Positions 1-11,554 of a DNA stretch of 64,000 bases are shown here, piece after piece. Under the pieces are notes generated by a model. The model made no database searches. It was not told the DNA's origin and saw only the letters and a program-made list of their open reading frames with translations. Each line of letters opens with the position of its first letter. The first letter of the stretch is position 1. This stretch comes from Aeromicrobium sp. (GTDB taxonomy: Bacteria; Actinomycetota; Actinomycetes; Propionibacteriales; Nocardioidaceae): the NCBI GenBank assembly GCA_040392565.1, contig JBEBVW010000001.1:1197-65196 (forward strand). The letters are read 5' to 3'. The position numbers and the translations under genes were made by a program.

Positions 1-708
1 CCGCTGCTACATGAATACGTCGTCTCGATGCCGCGCGGCGCAGCGATTGTGTATCCGAAGGACGCCGGCCAGATCCTGATGTGGGCCGATATCGCTCCGG
101 GCCTCACTGTGGTCGAAGCCGGCGCAGGGTCCGGCAGCCTTTCGGCCTACCTGCTGCGAGCGTTGGGTCCCGACGGCTACTTGGGTTCCTACGAGATCCG
201 CGAGGACTTCGCCGAGAAGGCGCGAGAGAATGTGGCCCAATCGCTCGGTGCGATCCCCGACACCTGGCATCTGAAACTCGGCGATCTGCGCGAAGCGGTG
301 ACCGAAACTGAAATCGATCGACTGATCCTGGACATGGTCGATCCGTGGACGTGCATCCCGCTAGCCATGGAACGTGTGGTTCCCGGCGGCATAATCTGCG
401 CCTATGTCGCCACCACGACGCAGCTATCCCGATTCGTCGAGACGCTCCGGGAAACCGGTGGATTCACCGAGCCGAGTGCGTTTGAGACTTTGCAGCGCGA
501 CTGGCATCTACAGGGCCTCGCCGTTCGTCCCCAGCACAAGATGAACGGCCACACGGCGTACCTCGCAATTGCTCGCCGGATGGCCCCGGGCGAACACACC
601 CTCGAGCGTTATCGACGTCCAGCCCCAGGCGCCTACGGACCGGACTATCTGGGACCGCGACCGTTCGGATGGGTCGATCCTGACGAACAGGTCGACACAA
701 CTGTGTAG
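1..708 (+). CDS. trmI: tRNA (adenine58-N1)-methyltransferase, 5'-truncated by window edge
   Basis: Frame open from base 1; MPRGAAIVYPKD, VVEAGAGSGSLS SAM motif, LAVRPQHKMNGHT; usual position upstream of arc. Confidence 0.93.
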   Translation, partial: PLLHEYVVSMPRGAAIVYPKDAGQILMWADIAPGLTVVEAGAGSGSLSAYLLRALGPDGYLGSYEIREDFAEKARENVAQSLGAIPDTWHLKLGDLREAVTETEIDRLILDMVDPWTCIPLAMERVVPGGIICAYVATTTQLSRFVETLRETGGFTEPSAFETLQRDWHLQGLAVRPQHKMNGHTAYLAIARRMAPGEHTLERYRRPAPGAYGPDYLGPRPFGWVDPDEQVDTTV

Positions 709-781
709 TTCATCACGCAATGACCGCGACAGGTGACCACTGGCCGTATAGGGTCGAAATCACCGAGCGGGAGGTGTGGCG

Positions 782-2494
782 ATGAGTGACAGCACCGGAA
801 ATCCGGAGCATGAAGCGGCCTACTTGCGCGCGGAGGTAGAACACCTCCGCCGACGACTCGGGACCGAGGGTGTTTCCGGCCAGCGACTGACCGATCTTGA
901 GGCCCGTCTGTCTGCCGTGACCTCGCAGAACGATCGACTCACCGCAACCCTGCGAGAGGCGCGCGAGCACATCGTGACGCTGAAGGAAGAAGTCGATCGG
1001 CTCGCCCAGCCACCTACGGGATTCGGCACGTTCCTCAAACTCAACGACGATGAATCCGTCGATGTCTTCACCGGCGGGCGCAAGTTGCGCGTCAACGTGA
1101 GTCCGGCCGTCGACCGGGAGGCGCTGCAGAAGGGTCAAGAAGTCATTCTCAACGAGGCGATGAACGTGGTCGCCGCGCTGGAGTTCGAGCAAACCGGCGA
1201 AGTGGTCATGCTCAAGGAGATCTTGGCTGACGCTGAACGAGCCTTGGTGGTCGGCAACGCCGACGAAGAGAAGGTCGTGCGCCTCGCGGAGCCGCTGCTC
1301 GAACTGAAGCTTCGTGCCGGCGATTCGCTGATGCTCGACGGGCGTTCGGGTTATGCGTATGAACGCATTCCCAAGTCCGAAGTCGAGGAACTGGTCCTCG
1401 AAGAGGTGCCCGATATCGACTACACAAGTATCGGTGGCCTTGGCGCCCAGGTCGAAACCATCAAGGACGCGGTCGAACTGCCGTACTTGCATCCAGACGT
1501 GTTCATCGAGCACCAGTTGAAGCCGCCGAAAGGCATCTTGCTGTACGGCCCTCCCGGCTGCGGCAAGACCATGATCGCCAAGGCAGTTGCCGCCTCGCTG
1601 GCTAAGAAGGTTTCGGAGAAGACTGGCGAAGAAGGCCGCTCATACTTCCTGAACATCAAGGGCCCCGAGCTGCTGAATAAGTACGTCGGCGAAACCGAAC
1701 GCCACATTCGGCTGGTGTTCCAGCGCGCTCGCGAAAAGGCCAGCGAAGGAACGCCTGTCATCGTGTTCTTCGACGAGATGGACTCGCTGTTCCGCACTCG
1801 CGGCTCCGGCGTTTCTTCTGATGTCGAAAACACGATCGTCCCGCAGTTGCTCAGCGAGATTGACGGCGTTGAGGGGCTGGAGAACGTCCTTGTCATTGGT
1901 GCTTCCAACCGCGAGGACATGATCGATCCGGCCATCTTGCGTCCGGGCCGGCTCGACGTGAAGATCAAGATCGAGCGCCCCGACGCGGAATCTGCTCGGG
2001 ACATCTTCAGCAAGTACCTAGTTGCTGAACTGCCGCTGCACGCCGACGATCTCGCCGAACACGGCGGCGATCCGCGCGCCACTGTGGCTGAAATGATCCA
2101 GCGCACGGTCGAGAAGATGTACACCGAATCGGAGGACAACCAGTTCCTCGAGGTTACCTACGCCAACGGTGACAAGGAGGTCCTGTATTTCAAGGACTTC
2201 AACTCCGGTGCGATGATCCAGAACATTGTCGACCGCGCGAAGAAAATGGCCATCAAGGACTTCTTGGAGCAAGGCCAGAAGGGCATCCGGGTGCAGCACA
2301 TGCTTCAGGCGTGCCTGGATGAATTCAAGGAGAACGAGGACCTGCCGAACACCACCAATCCCGATGATTGGGCCCGAATCTCGGGCAAGAAGGGCGAGCG
2401 CATCGTCTTCATTCGCACGCTCATCACCGGCAAGGGCGGCAATGAGCCTGGTCGTTCCATCGACACTGTCTCGAACACAGGTCAGTACCTGTAG
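782..2494 (+). CDS. arc: Proteasome AAA+ ATPase ARC/Mpa
   Basis: N-terminal coiled coil, Walker A GPPGCGKT, Walker B VFFDEMD, C-terminal GQYL; GGAGG upstream of ATG 782. Confidence 0.97.
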   Translation: MSDSTGNPEHEAAYLRAEVEHLRRRLGTEGVSGQRLTDLEARLSAVTSQNDRLTATLREAREHIVTLKEEVDRLAQPPTGFGTFLKLNDDESVDVFTGGRKLRVNVSPAVDREALQKGQEVILNEAMNVVAALEFEQTGEVVMLKEILADAERALVVGNADEEKVVRLAEPLLELKLRAGDSLMLDGRSGYAYERIPKSEVEELVLEEVPDIDYTSIGGLGAQVETIKDAVELPYLHPDVFIEHQLKPPKGILLYGPPGCGKTMIAKAVAASLAKKVSEKTGEEGRSYFLNIKGPELLNKYVGETERHIRLVFQRAREKASEGTPVIVFFDEMDSLFRTRGSGVSSDVENTIVPQLLSEIDGVEGLENVLVIGASNREDMIDPAILRPGRLDVKIKIERPDAESARDIFSKYLVAELPLHADDLAEHGGDPRATVAEMIQRTVEKMYTESEDNQFLEVTYANGDKEVLYFKDFNSGAMIQNIVDRAKKMAIKDFLEQGQKGIRVQHMLQACLDEFKENEDLPNTTNPDDWARISGKKGERIVFIRTLITGKGGNEPGRSIDTVSNTGQYL

Positions 2495-2968
2495 GTGGCC
2501 GAGTACGACATCAGGGCCGTCGGCTACGACGAGCCCGATCCACAGATGCTCACGGCCGAAGTGCAGGCCGAATATGCCCGGCGCTACGGCGGTGAAGGTG
2601 ACATTTCACCGATGGACGCCGGCACTTTTGCTGCGCCGCACGGTGCGTTCTTCGTGCTCTACGTCGATGACGTTCCCGCTGCGATGGGCGGTTGGCGGCG
2701 TGGAGGTCCTCACGGGCAGTCGGACGCCGAAATCAAACGGATGTACGTTCGCCCGCAGTTCCAGCGTCGTGGTCTCGCTCGCGCCGTCCTTGCCCATTTG
2801 GAGTCCCGAGCAGCCGCTGAGGGGATTGGCCGCTTCGTGCTGGAAACAGGCACGGCACAACCCGAAGCAATCGCCTTGTATGCCTCGTGCGGCTACGTCA
2901 GCATCCCCAGTTTTGGGTTCTATGCCGACTACGACGACAGCATTCACCTGGCTAAAGTGCTGACCTGA
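2495..2968 (+). CDS. GNAT family N-acetyltransferase
   Basis: AEIKRMYVRPQFQRRGLAR and LETGTAQPEAIALY motifs; starts immediately after the arc stop. Confidence 0.88.
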   Translation: MAEYDIRAVGYDEPDPQMLTAEVQAEYARRYGGEGDISPMDAGTFAAPHGAFFVLYVDDVPAAMGGWRRGGPHGQSDAEIKRMYVRPQFQRRGLARAVLAHLESRAAAEGIGRFVLETGTAQPEAIALYASCGYVSIPSFGFYADYDDSIHLAKVLT

Positions 2969-2996
2969 GCATGTCGTTGGGTCTACCCTCCGGCAC

Positions 2997-4988
2997 ATGG
3001 GTTACTTCGTCACAGGCGCAACCGGCTTCATCGGCCGACGACTTCTTCAAGAACTCGTCGATCACCGTAAAGGCACCATTTGGGTACTCGTGCGGCCTGG
3101 GTCTGAGGCCAAGCTTGAGTCGTACGCCTATCAATGGGGCAACAGTCGGCGGGTCGTACCGGTCACCGGTGAGCTGACCCAAGATCGCCTCGGCGTTGAC
3201 CCGGACTGGATCGCCGAACACGTAGGCAAGGTTGATCATTTCTTCCACCTCGCTGCCTCCTACGACATGACAGCCTCGAAGGAGACGAACGACCGGCTGA
3301 ACCTGGACGGCACCAGGCACGCGATGGAACTGGCGGCCGCACTGACTGCTGGTTGCTTCCACCAGGTGTCCTCGATCGCAGCGTCCGGTGACTACAAGGG
3401 CTCGTTCACCGAGGAAATGTTTGACGAGGGCCAGGGCTTCCAATCCGACTACCACCGCACCAAGTTTGGGTCAGAGAAGCTGGTGCGTGAGGAGTGTGAA
3501 GTTCCGTGGCGCGTATATCGGCCCGCAATTGTGGTTGGCGACAGCGAGACGGGTGAGATCGACAAGATCGACGGCCCGTACTACTTCTTCACGCTAATCA
3601 AACGCATGCGCGATTACATGCCGCAGTGGCTGCCAATATTCGCCGCCGGGATGGGACACACCAACGTCGTGCCTGTTGACTATGTCGCCAAGGCGATGGA
3701 TCACCTGGCGCACGCCAAAGGTCTCGACGGCCGTGCCTTCCACCTGACCAATCCGCGAGCACAGCGAAATCTTGATGTCATCAACGCTTTTGCCCGCGCG
3801 GCCAAGTCGCCGTCATTCCAGGTGTCGCTGGATACCAAAGTCTCGAATCTGGTGCCCACCCAGTTGATCCAGTCGGTCATCGGCCGCACGACCGCCACGA
3901 AGGCGGGGCAAGTGGCTGCTGAACAAACCTTGGGGCGGCTGGGTGTGCCGGCCGAGATCTTGGCGCATGTCGCGATGCCTACGAGGTACTCCTCGAAGTT
4001 GACCCGCGAAGAACTGGAGGGCAGCGGAATCGACATTCCGCGGCTGCGCTCCTACGCCGGTGTGCTCTGGGACTACTGGGAGCAGAACCTCGATCCGGAT
4101 ATCACCGCTGACCGTGGCAATGCCAAGGCTTTGCACGACAAGATTGTGCTGATCACCGGCGCCTCATCGGGCATTGGCAAGGCCACCGCGTTGCGCGTTG
4201 CTGCCCTCGGTGGGACACCTGTCCTCGTTGCGCGTGGTGTCGAAGCCTTGGAACGCACCAAGAACGACATCGAGGTCATGGGCGGCACCGCCTACGCCTA
4301 CCCCTGCGATCTGTCCGATCTTGAGGACATCGACCGGTTAACGCGCACGATCATCAAGGATCTGGGACGAGTGGATGTGGTGGTCAACAACGCCGGTCGG
4401 TCGATCCGTCGATCACTGCGGTTGTCGTACGACCGCTTCCACGATTTTGAACGCACCATGCAGTTGAACTACTTCGGCGCGATCCGCCTCGTTATGGGAT
4501 TGATACCGGCGATGGCGGCCAACGGCGGCGGCCACATTGTGAACATCTCATCGATCGGTGTTCAGACCAATCCTCCGCGCTTCGCCGCCTACGTCGCGTC
4601 GAAAGCGGCACTTGATGCGTGGAGTCGTGTGGTCAGTTCAGAGCTCATCGGTGACGGTGTGTCATTCACATCGATTCATATGCCGCTGGTGCGTACCCCC
4701 ATGATCGCGCCCACCAAGATCTACGACGCGTTCCCCACCATCAGCCCGGCCCAGGCTGCGGACTTGGTCTTGAAGGCGATCCGTCATCGCCCACACGAGA
4801 TCAACACCATGATGGGTACTGCCGGCGAGGTGACCCACGCTCTCGCACCCCAGACTGCCTTCCAAGTGCTGCATCAGGCGTACAAGATCTTCCCCGATTC
4901 TGCAGCTGCTCGTGGTGACGGCGCTGCTGAGCAGGTCAGTCGACAGCAGAAGGTGCTGGCGCGGGTGCTCAAGGGCGTTCATTGGTGA
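2997..4988 (+). CDS. Two-domain fatty acyl-CoA reductase (thioester-reductase domain + SDR domain)
   Basis: Two Rossmann motifs (TGATGFIG, TGASSGIG), NNAGRSIRR, YVASK catalytic motif. Confidence 0.85.
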   Translation: MGYFVTGATGFIGRRLLQELVDHRKGTIWVLVRPGSEAKLESYAYQWGNSRRVVPVTGELTQDRLGVDPDWIAEHVGKVDHFFHLAASYDMTASKETNDRLNLDGTRHAMELAAALTAGCFHQVSSIAASGDYKGSFTEEMFDEGQGFQSDYHRTKFGSEKLVREECEVPWRVYRPAIVVGDSETGEIDKIDGPYYFFTLIKRMRDYMPQWLPIFAAGMGHTNVVPVDYVAKAMDHLAHAKGLDGRAFHLTNPRAQRNLDVINAFARAAKSPSFQVSLDTKVSNLVPTQLIQSVIGRTTATKAGQVAAEQTLGRLGVPAEILAHVAMPTRYSSKLTREELEGSGIDIPRLRSYAGVLWDYWEQNLDPDITADRGNAKALHDKIVLITGASSGIGKATALRVAALGGTPVLVARGVEALERTKNDIEVMGGTAYAYPCDLSDLEDIDRLTRTIIKDLGRVDVVVNNAGRSIRRSLRLSYDRFHDFERTMQLNYFGAIRLVMGLIPAMAANGGGHIVNISSIGVQTNPPRFAAYVASKAALDAWSRVVSSELIGDGVSFTSIHMPLVRTPMIAPTKIYDAFPTISPAQAADLVLKAIRHRPHEINTMMGTAGEVTHALAPQTAFQVLHQAYKIFPDSAAARGDGAAEQVSRQQKVLARVLKGVHW

Positions 4989-5040
4989 ACGTCCAGCGAG
5001 GCGCAGCGAGTTTTCGCAGGTCGCTCCGTAGGGTGAAGTC

Positions 5041-6552
5041 ATGACAGTGCGTCGGGTGCAGGGCAGCGAAGTCGAGTACGGCATCGCAGTCCAAGGGCAG
5101 CCGCATGCCAATCCGATGGTGGCGTCGACGCATGTAGTGAACGCTTATGCCGCGGCGAACGGTCTGACTCGGCGCGCTCGGTGGGATTTCGAAGAAGAGA
5201 GTCCGCTTCGTGATGCCCGCGGATTCGATCTGAGCCGCGAAGTCGCTGACCCGACCCAGCTGACCGACGAGGACCTCGGACTCGCAAACATCATCTTGAC
5301 CAACGGAGCACGCCTCTACGTTGATCACGCGCACCCGGAGTACTCCAGCCCCGAAGTCACCACGCCGATGGACGTCGTGCTGTGGGAGAAGGCTGGCGAA
5401 GAAGTCATGCGGCGTGGTGCCGATCTTGCCGGTCAGATGCCCGGAGCAGCGCCGATCGTTCTGTACAAGAACAACATCGATAACAAGGGTGCTTCCTACG
5501 GATCGCACGAGAACTACCTGATGAAGCGGGAGGTTCCGTTTGATCGGATCGTGGAGCATCTGACTCCGTTCTTCGTTTCGCGCCAGGTGTTCACCGGCGC
5601 GGGACGAGTCGGACAACGGCAAGACGGCAGCGTCCACGCTTTCCAGATCAGCCAGCGGGCCGACTATTTCGAGGTCAACGTTGGGCTAGAAACAACGCTC
5701 AAACGACCCATCATCAATACGCGCGACGAACCGCACGCCGACCCCAAAAAGTACCGCCGGCTGCACGTCATCATCGGCGACGCGAACTGCTCCGAGACAG
5801 CGATCTTGCTCAAACACGGCACCACATCGTTGGTGCTGGCGATGATCGAAGCGGGGTTCCTAGGCCCGCATGGTGTCCGTCAACTGGCGGCGCCGGTGCC
5901 GGCTTTGCACGCGATCTCTTATGACCCTTCGTTGACGCAGACTGTCCCGCTAGAGGACGGGACGACCATCACTGCGTTGGAACTGCAGGGGGAGTACTTG
6001 GCTGCGGCCCGGGAGTTCGTCGAGCGAGAAGGTACTGACCCGGCGACTGACCAGGTGCTGGACCTGTGGGAAGTGACGCTTGAACGTCTTGGCCGTGACC
6101 CGATGGAGTGCGTCGACGAACTGGACTGGGTAGCAAAGTTGGCGCTCCTAGAACGCTATCGACAGCGCGACGATCTGGACTGGGATCACGCCAAACTGCA
6201 TTTAGTCGATTTGCAGTATCACGACATTCGTCCGCATCGCGGGCTCTATCACCAACTCGTGCGGACTGGCCGGATGAAACGGCTGTTCACCGACGATCAG
6301 ATCAACGCAGCAGTGGCCGAGCCACCGCACGACACACGGGCGTACTTCCGCGGAAAGTGCCTTGAACGGTTCTCCGCTGACATCGCTGCAGCCTCGTGGG
6401 ACTCGGTCATCTTCGACCTCCCGGGCGAAGAATCCTTGCAACGCATCCCCACCATGGAGCCGCTACGGGGCACCGAGGAACACGTCGGCGAGTTGTTCGA
6501 GCGCAGTGCCACCGCCGCTGAGTTGTTCCGAACCATCACTGGCCATCGCTGA
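5041..6552 (+). CDS. dop: Pup deamidase/depupylase Dop
   Basis: [36 protein letters not shown]; upstream of pup. Confidence 0.96.
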   Translation: MTVRRVQGSEVEYGIAVQGQPHANPMVASTHVVNAYAAANGLTRRARWDFEEESPLRDARGFDLSREVADPTQLTDEDLGLANIILTNGARLYVDHAHPEYSSPEVTTPMDVVLWEKAGEEVMRRGADLAGQMPGAAPIVLYKNNIDNKGASYGSHENYLMKREVPFDRIVEHLTPFFVSRQVFTGAGRVGQRQDGSVHAFQISQRADYFEVNVGLETTLKRPIINTRDEPHADPKKYRRLHVIIGDANCSETAILLKHGTTSLVLAMIEAGFLGPHGVRQLAAPVPALHAISYDPSLTQTVPLEDGTTITALELQGEYLAAAREFVEREGTDPATDQVLDLWEVTLERLGRDPMECVDELDWVAKLALLERYRQRDDLDWDHAKLHLVDLQYHDIRPHRGLYHQLVRTGRMKRLFTDDQINAAVAEPPHDTRAYFRGKCLERFSADIAAASWDSVIFDLPGEESLQRIPTMEPLRGTEEHVGELFERSATAAELFRTITGHR

Positions 6553-6621
6553 TTTCGAGGCTCCTTCGTCGCACCTCAATCAGCGCGCCGGCGAGGCCGC
6601 CCGCGGCCGAGTCTCGAAACC
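6547..6621. repeat. Pair of REP-like palindromic units between dop and pup
   Basis: cgctgatttcgaggctc...gcacctcaatcagcg plus an inverted partial unit; same family as the 49993-50331 cluster. Confidence 0.7.
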
Positions 6622-6670
6622 GCCGTCGATCCACACACATACGTGGGGCGTGTGGGGCTAGGCTGACGAT

Positions 6671-6865
6671 ATGTCCGAGCAGCAGCAGAAGAGCACGCGG
6701 AAATCGACTGACGAGCAAGCCCAGGTCGACACGACTCCGGTCGACACCGACGCCAAGGCCAAGCTCGATGACGACGTCGATTCGATCCTTGACGAGATCG
6801 ACGACGTCCTTGAGGAGAACGCCGAGGAGTTCGTCCGCAGCTTCGTGCAGAAGGGCGGCCAGTGA
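6671..6865 (+). CDS. pup: Prokaryotic ubiquitin-like protein Pup
   Basis: 64 aa, [25 protein letters not shown]; TAGGCT -10 six nt before the ATG. Confidence 0.98.
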   Translation: MSEQQQKSTRKSTDEQAQVDTTPVDTDAKAKLDDDVDSILDEIDDVLEENAEEFVRSFVQKGGQ

Positions 6866-7713
6866 CGGCGCCCGCTGGCCAGAACGGCTTCAGCCCACTT
6901 CCCGTGGGTACCCGTCTGTCTGGCCTGTCATCTTTCGCTGACTATTTGGCCTCGGTCTCACCCGAACAGCTTCCCGGCAATGCGTTGCGCGCTGCAGGGG
7001 CAACCGCAGACATCGCACCTCATGGCACCACCATCGTCTCGGCTACTTTCGATGGTGGCGTGGTCATGGCGGGCGATCGCCGCGCCACGATGGGCAATCT
7101 GATCGCGAATCGCGATATGCAGAAGGTGTTTCCCTCCGATGAGTTCTCGGTCGTCGGCATTGCCGGAACCGCTGGCCTTGCGGTGGAGTTGGTGCGCTTG
7201 TTCCAGGTTGAACTGGAGCACTACGAAAAGATTGAGGGCGCAGAGCTCTCCGTCGACGGCAAAGCCAACCGCCTCGCTGCGCTGATCCGCGGAAATCTCG
7301 GTCTGGCCATGCAGGGCCTCGCAGTCGTGCCGCTGTTCGCCGGATATGACCGAGTGCGCGAATGCGGGCGAATTTTTTCCTATGACGTCACCGGTGGACG
7401 CTATGAAGAGCACGACCATCATTCGGTGGGTTCGGGTTCGGTATTCGCCCGTGGCGCGCTGAAAAAGTTGTACAGCGCCGGGATGACCGAAGGTGACTGT
7501 GTCACTGCCGCCGTCCAAGCCCTCTACGACGCAGCCGATGACGATTCGGCCACGGGGGGCCCTGATCTGACTCGCCGTATCTTCCCGGTGATTTACTCGG
7601 TGACCGCCGATGGTCACCGACGCCTTGACGATGCCGAGGTCGGTGCGATCGCCGATTCGGTCATCGGCGGACGCCACCAGCGGCCCGAGGGCCCCCAAGC
7701 CCCGCTGAACTGA
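6862..7713 (+). CDS. prcB: 20S proteasome beta subunit
   Basis: Propeptide then PHG/TTIV cleavage site; [15 protein letters not shown]. Confidence 0.97.
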   Translation: MTAPAGQNGFSPLPVGTRLSGLSSFADYLASVSPEQLPGNALRAAGATADIAPHGTTIVSATFDGGVVMAGDRRATMGNLIANRDMQKVFPSDEFSVVGIAGTAGLAVELVRLFQVELEHYEKIEGAELSVDGKANRLAALIRGNLGLAMQGLAVVPLFAGYDRVRECGRIFSYDVTGGRYEEHDHHSVGSGSVFARGALKKLYSAGMTEGDCVTAAVQALYDAADDDSATGGPDLTRRIFPVIYSVTADGHRRLDDAEVGAIADSVIGGRHQRPEGPQAPLN

Positions 7714-7727
7714 GACAGGAGATCGAC

Positions 7728-8423
7728 ATGACACAGCCGTTCTACGTCTCGCCCGAGCAGATCATGAAGGATCGGGCCGATTTCGCGCGCAAGGGCATTG
7801 GCCGCGGGCGGAGCGTTGTGGTGGTGCAGTACGCCGACGGCATTGTGTTCGTCGCGGAGAACCCGTCGCAGGCGCTGCACAAGGTGGGGGAGATCTACGA
7901 CCGCATTGCGTTCGCGGCAGTGGGCCGATACAACGAGTTCGAGAACCTGCGCATCGCTGGCGTCCGCCTGGCTGACATGCGCGGCTACTCCTACGACCGA
8001 CGCGACGTGACCGGCCGCGCCATGGCCAACGCCTACGCCCAAACGCTCGGCACCATCTTCAGCGCGGCAGGGGAGAAGCCCTATGAAGTGGAGTTGTTCG
8101 TCGGTGAAGTGGCCGACGATCCAGCTAACGACGAGATCTACCGACTGACCTACGACGGCTCAGCTGCCGACGTCACCGGATTTGGCGTGATGGGCGGGCA
8201 GATCGAACAGGTCGAAGCCTATTTACAGGAGAACTACCAGGCCGGACTGTCGCTGGAAGCAGCAGTGCGTCTTGCGGCGACTGCACTCGGTCGCGATGCC
8301 GATCCAGCTCGACAGATTGAGTCCGGATCTCTTGAGGTCGGAGTCCTCAGCAGAGCGCGCTCTCAGCCACGCAAGTTCCGACGATTGACAGACACAGAAG
8401 TAGCTGCGGCAATCGCTCCCTAG
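7728..8423 (+). CDS. prcA: 20S proteasome alpha subunit
   Basis: [27 protein letters not shown]-terminus. Confidence 0.97.
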   Translation: MTQPFYVSPEQIMKDRADFARKGIGRGRSVVVVQYADGIVFVAENPSQALHKVGEIYDRIAFAAVGRYNEFENLRIAGVRLADMRGYSYDRRDVTGRAMANAYAQTLGTIFSAAGEKPYEVELFVGEVADDPANDEIYRLTYDGSAADVTGFGVMGGQIEQVEAYLQENYQAGLSLEAAVRLAATALGRDADPARQIESGSLEVGVLSRARSQPRKFRRLTDTEVAAAIAP

Positions 8424-8452
8424 CGAACCCATAGTCCTGTCATCATTTACCC

Positions 8453-9121
8453 ATGTTGGGTGTTGTCGAGCTGCCGACCTACCTGGCCGGCTTGATCATG
8501 ATCATCCTGCTGCCTGGGCCGAATTCGCTGTACGTACTGTCCGTCGCAGCGCGCAAAGGTGTACGCGCTGGCTATGCCGGTGCAGCCGGCGTGTGGACGG
8601 GCGACGCGGTTCTCATGACGCTGTCGGCAGCAGGTGTGGCTTCTCTGTTGAAGGCGAACGAAGTGGCCTTCTCGATCGTCAAATATCTCGGCGCCGGGTA
8701 CCTGGCATGGCTAGCCATCGGATTGCTGCGAGCTGCCTGGGCAACGTGGCGGAACCGGCGCGAAAAAGCCGAGGAGTTGGCCGACGCGATTGACGCGGCC
8801 CACCCTGCGCCGACCAAAGACGAGCGGCCGTATCGTCGTGCGCTGGTGATTTCGCTGCTCAACCCCAAAGCGATCTTGTTTTTCGTGGCGTTCTTCGTGC
8901 AGTTCGTGGACCCTGCCTACGACTATCCGGTGTTGTCATTCCTGGTTCTGGGCACCATTGCCCAGATCGCGAGCGTGGCCTATTTGAGCGCGTTGATCTT
9001 CTTCGGCACGAGGTTGGCGTCGGCATTCCAGCGCCGCAAGGTGATGACGGCCGGTGCCACGTCTGCGGTCGGCGCAGTGTTCTTGGCCTTCGCGGTCAAG
9101 CTCTCCCTGGCCCAGGTATAG
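8453..9121 (+). CDS. leuE: LysE/RhtB family amino-acid exporter (LeuE-like)
   Basis: LPGPNSLYVL, LLNPKAILFF..FFVQFVDP; about 6 TM segments. Confidence 0.82.
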   Translation: MLGVVELPTYLAGLIMIILLPGPNSLYVLSVAARKGVRAGYAGAAGVWTGDAVLMTLSAAGVASLLKANEVAFSIVKYLGAGYLAWLAIGLLRAAWATWRNRREKAEELADAIDAAHPAPTKDERPYRRALVISLLNPKAILFFVAFFVQFVDPAYDYPVLSFLVLGTIAQIASVAYLSALIFFGTRLASAFQRRKVMTAGATSAVGAVFLAFAVKLSLAQV

Positions 9122-9187
9122 AACGCGCGGGCGTGTCTGACGACAAAGACGCCACCATCTGCACGGTCTGCGGACTAGGCTGCAAAT

Positions 9188-10549
9188 GTGGACCGTCGGA
9201 TCTTCGGGATCGAGAACGAGTACGGGGTGACCTGCTCGTTCAAGGGTCAACGCCGCCTTTCGCCCGATGAGGTCGCGCGCTATCTGTTCCGGCGCGTGGT
9301 CTCCTGGGGTCGCAGCAGCAACGTTTTTCTGCGCAACGGCGCACGCCTGTATCTCGATGTCGGCAGTCATCCGGAATACGCGACACCCGAATGTGACGAC
9401 GTTGTCGATCTAGTGACGCATGATCGTGCGGGCGAACGGATTCTCGAAGCGCTCATGATCGATGCCCAGCAGCGGCTCGCTGAAGACGGTGTCGAGGGCG
9501 ACATTTACCTGTTCAAGAACAACACCGACTCGGCCGGCAACTCCTATGGCTGCCATGAGAACTACCTCGTCGGTCGCGGGGGAGAGTTCAGCCGTTTGGC
9601 CGATGTGCTGATCCCGTTCCTGGTTTCGCGCCAGATCATTGTGGGCGCCGGCAAGATCCAGCAGACGCCGCGCGGCACCATCTATTCAGTCAGTCAGCGC
9701 GCTGAACACATCTGGGAAGGCGTGTCCAGCGCCACCACACGATCGCGGCCCATCATCAACACGCGAGATGAACCGCACGCCGATGCTGAACGGTTCCGCC
9801 GGTTGCACGTCATTGTGGGCGACTCGAATATGAGTGAGACCACCACGATGCTCAAGGTGGCCACGACCGATCTCGTGCTGCGGATGATTGAGGCCGGGGT
9901 GTCGATGCGCGATCTGACGCTGGAAAACCCGATTCGGGCCATCCGCGAGATTGCCCACGACGTCACCGGGCGGCGAAAGGTGCTGCTGGCCAACGGCCGT
10001 GAACTTTCGGCATTGGAAATTCAGGCTGAGTACTTCGGCAAGGCGGCCGAATTCGTCGACCGCCACGGTCTCCACACGCCGGTCATCACGCGCACGCTTG
10101 ATCTGTGGGAGCGCACGCTCAAGGCGGTCGAGTCCGAAGACCTCTCCCTCGTGGAACGCGAGATCGACTGGGTCATCAAGTACAAACTGCTCGACCGATA
10201 CCGCACTGCCAATGGGCTGTCGTGGTCCGATCCGCGGATCGCTCAGCTGGACTTGGCGTACCACGACATCCGTCGCGACCGCGGGCTCTTTTACCTCTTG
10301 GAACGCAAGGGGGCGGTGGCCCGGGTGACCCGTGATCTGGACGTGTTCAGCGCCAAATCAATCCCCCCACAAACCACACGGGCGCGGCTACGTGGCGATT
10401 TCATCAAACGAGCGCAAGAGCGTCGCCGCGACTTCACGGTCGATTGGGTTCACTTGAAGCTAAACGACCAGGCCCAGCGCACCGTGCTGTGCAAGGACCC
10501 GTTCCGCTCCCACGACGAACGGGTGCAGCGACTCATCGACGGGATGTGA
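9188..10549 (+). CDS. pafA: Pup--protein ligase PafA
   Basis: [41 protein letters not shown]. Confidence 0.97.
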   Translation: MDRRIFGIENEYGVTCSFKGQRRLSPDEVARYLFRRVVSWGRSSNVFLRNGARLYLDVGSHPEYATPECDDVVDLVTHDRAGERILEALMIDAQQRLAEDGVEGDIYLFKNNTDSAGNSYGCHENYLVGRGGEFSRLADVLIPFLVSRQIIVGAGKIQQTPRGTIYSVSQRAEHIWEGVSSATTRSRPIINTRDEPHADAERFRRLHVIVGDSNMSETTTMLKVATTDLVLRMIEAGVSMRDLTLENPIRAIREIAHDVTGRRKVLLANGRELSALEIQAEYFGKAAEFVDRHGLHTPVITRTLDLWERTLKAVESEDLSLVEREIDWVIKYKLLDRYRTANGLSWSDPRIAQLDLAYHDIRRDRGLFYLLERKGAVARVTRDLDVFSAKSIPPQTTRARLRGDFIKRAQERRRDFTVDWVHLKLNDQAQRTVLCKDPFRSHDERVQRLIDGM

Positions 10550-10633
10550 CGGCCGGACCCCGAACGGCGTCTTGGCCTCGGCCGATACGATGGCCGACGG
10601 TCAACCTTCCGTCTCTTTCAAGTAGGTCTTCGC

Positions 10634-11542
10634 GTGCATCGTCTGTCGCTCATTGGTGTTTCAGCTCTGCTGGTTCTTCTGGGGGCCTGCGGCTCTGGCG
10701 GTGCGGCGCTTGACGAGATCACTGTTAGCAAGGCTGCGACGCCCAAGGTCAAGGTGCCGGCGGGAACTGAAGCTACGAAGACCACGACCAAGGTGATCGA
10801 GAAGGGCTCAGGCGACGTCGTCGCAGAAGGCGACTCGATCAAGCTTAATTACGTCGCGCTGAACGGTCGCACTGGCAAGCAGTTCGACAGCTCCTACGCC
10901 GCCGGAACGGCTAGCACCTTCACGCTGGACGAGAAGTCTGTTCTGCCGGGCTTCATCAAGGCGTTGAAGGGCCACAAGGTCGGTTCGCGCATTCTGGCTC
11001 TGGTTCCGCCCAAAGACGGCTTCAACGCTGCACAGGAGTCATTCGATCTGAAGAAGAACGACACCATGGTGTTCGTCTTTGACATCGTCTCCAAGATTCC
11101 GGTCCAGGCCGAAGGCGAAGCCAAGAAGTTGCCGAAGTCGCTGCCTGAGTTGGAGTTGAACGACAAGGGCCAGCCCACCAAGTTCGTCAAGACCAAGGGA
11201 ATGAAGGCCAAGCAAACCAAGGCCAGCGCCCATGTCGTCATCGAAGGCACCGGCGACAAGATCAAGAAGGACCAGGCGCTCAGCGTGCAATACGTCGGCC
11301 AGGTCTACCCCACGGGCAAGATCTTTGACGCCTCGTGGACCCGTGGTGCACCGGCGAACTTCGCTCTGACCGAGGGCCAGTTGATTAAGTGCTGGACTGA
11401 CCTCCTGGTCGGCCAGCGCGTCGGCAGCCGTGTCGTTCTGGTGTGCCCCTCGGACACCGCCTATGGCAAAGATGGTCGCGAACCTGACATCAAAGGTGGC
11501 GACACGCTGATCTTCGCCATCGACTTGCTCGACGCTTCCTGA
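10634..11542 (+). CDS. Lipoprotein with two FKBP-type PPIase domains
   Basis: Lipobox LGAC; two FKBP repeats (FDSSY, FDASW..AYG..LIFAIDL). Confidence 0.9.
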   Translation: MHRLSLIGVSALLVLLGACGSGGAALDEITVSKAATPKVKVPAGTEATKTTTKVIEKGSGDVVAEGDSIKLNYVALNGRTGKQFDSSYAAGTASTFTLDEKSVLPGFIKALKGHKVGSRILALVPPKDGFNAAQESFDLKKNDTMVFVFDIVSKIPVQAEGEAKKLPKSLPELELNDKGQPTKFVKTKGMKAKQTKASAHVVIEGTGDKIKKDQALSVQYVGQVYPTGKIFDASWTRGAPANFALTEGQLIKCWTDLLVGQRVGSRVVLVCPSDTAYGKDGREPDIKGGDTLIFAIDLLDAS

Positions 11543-11554
11543 CATCCTCAGCGC

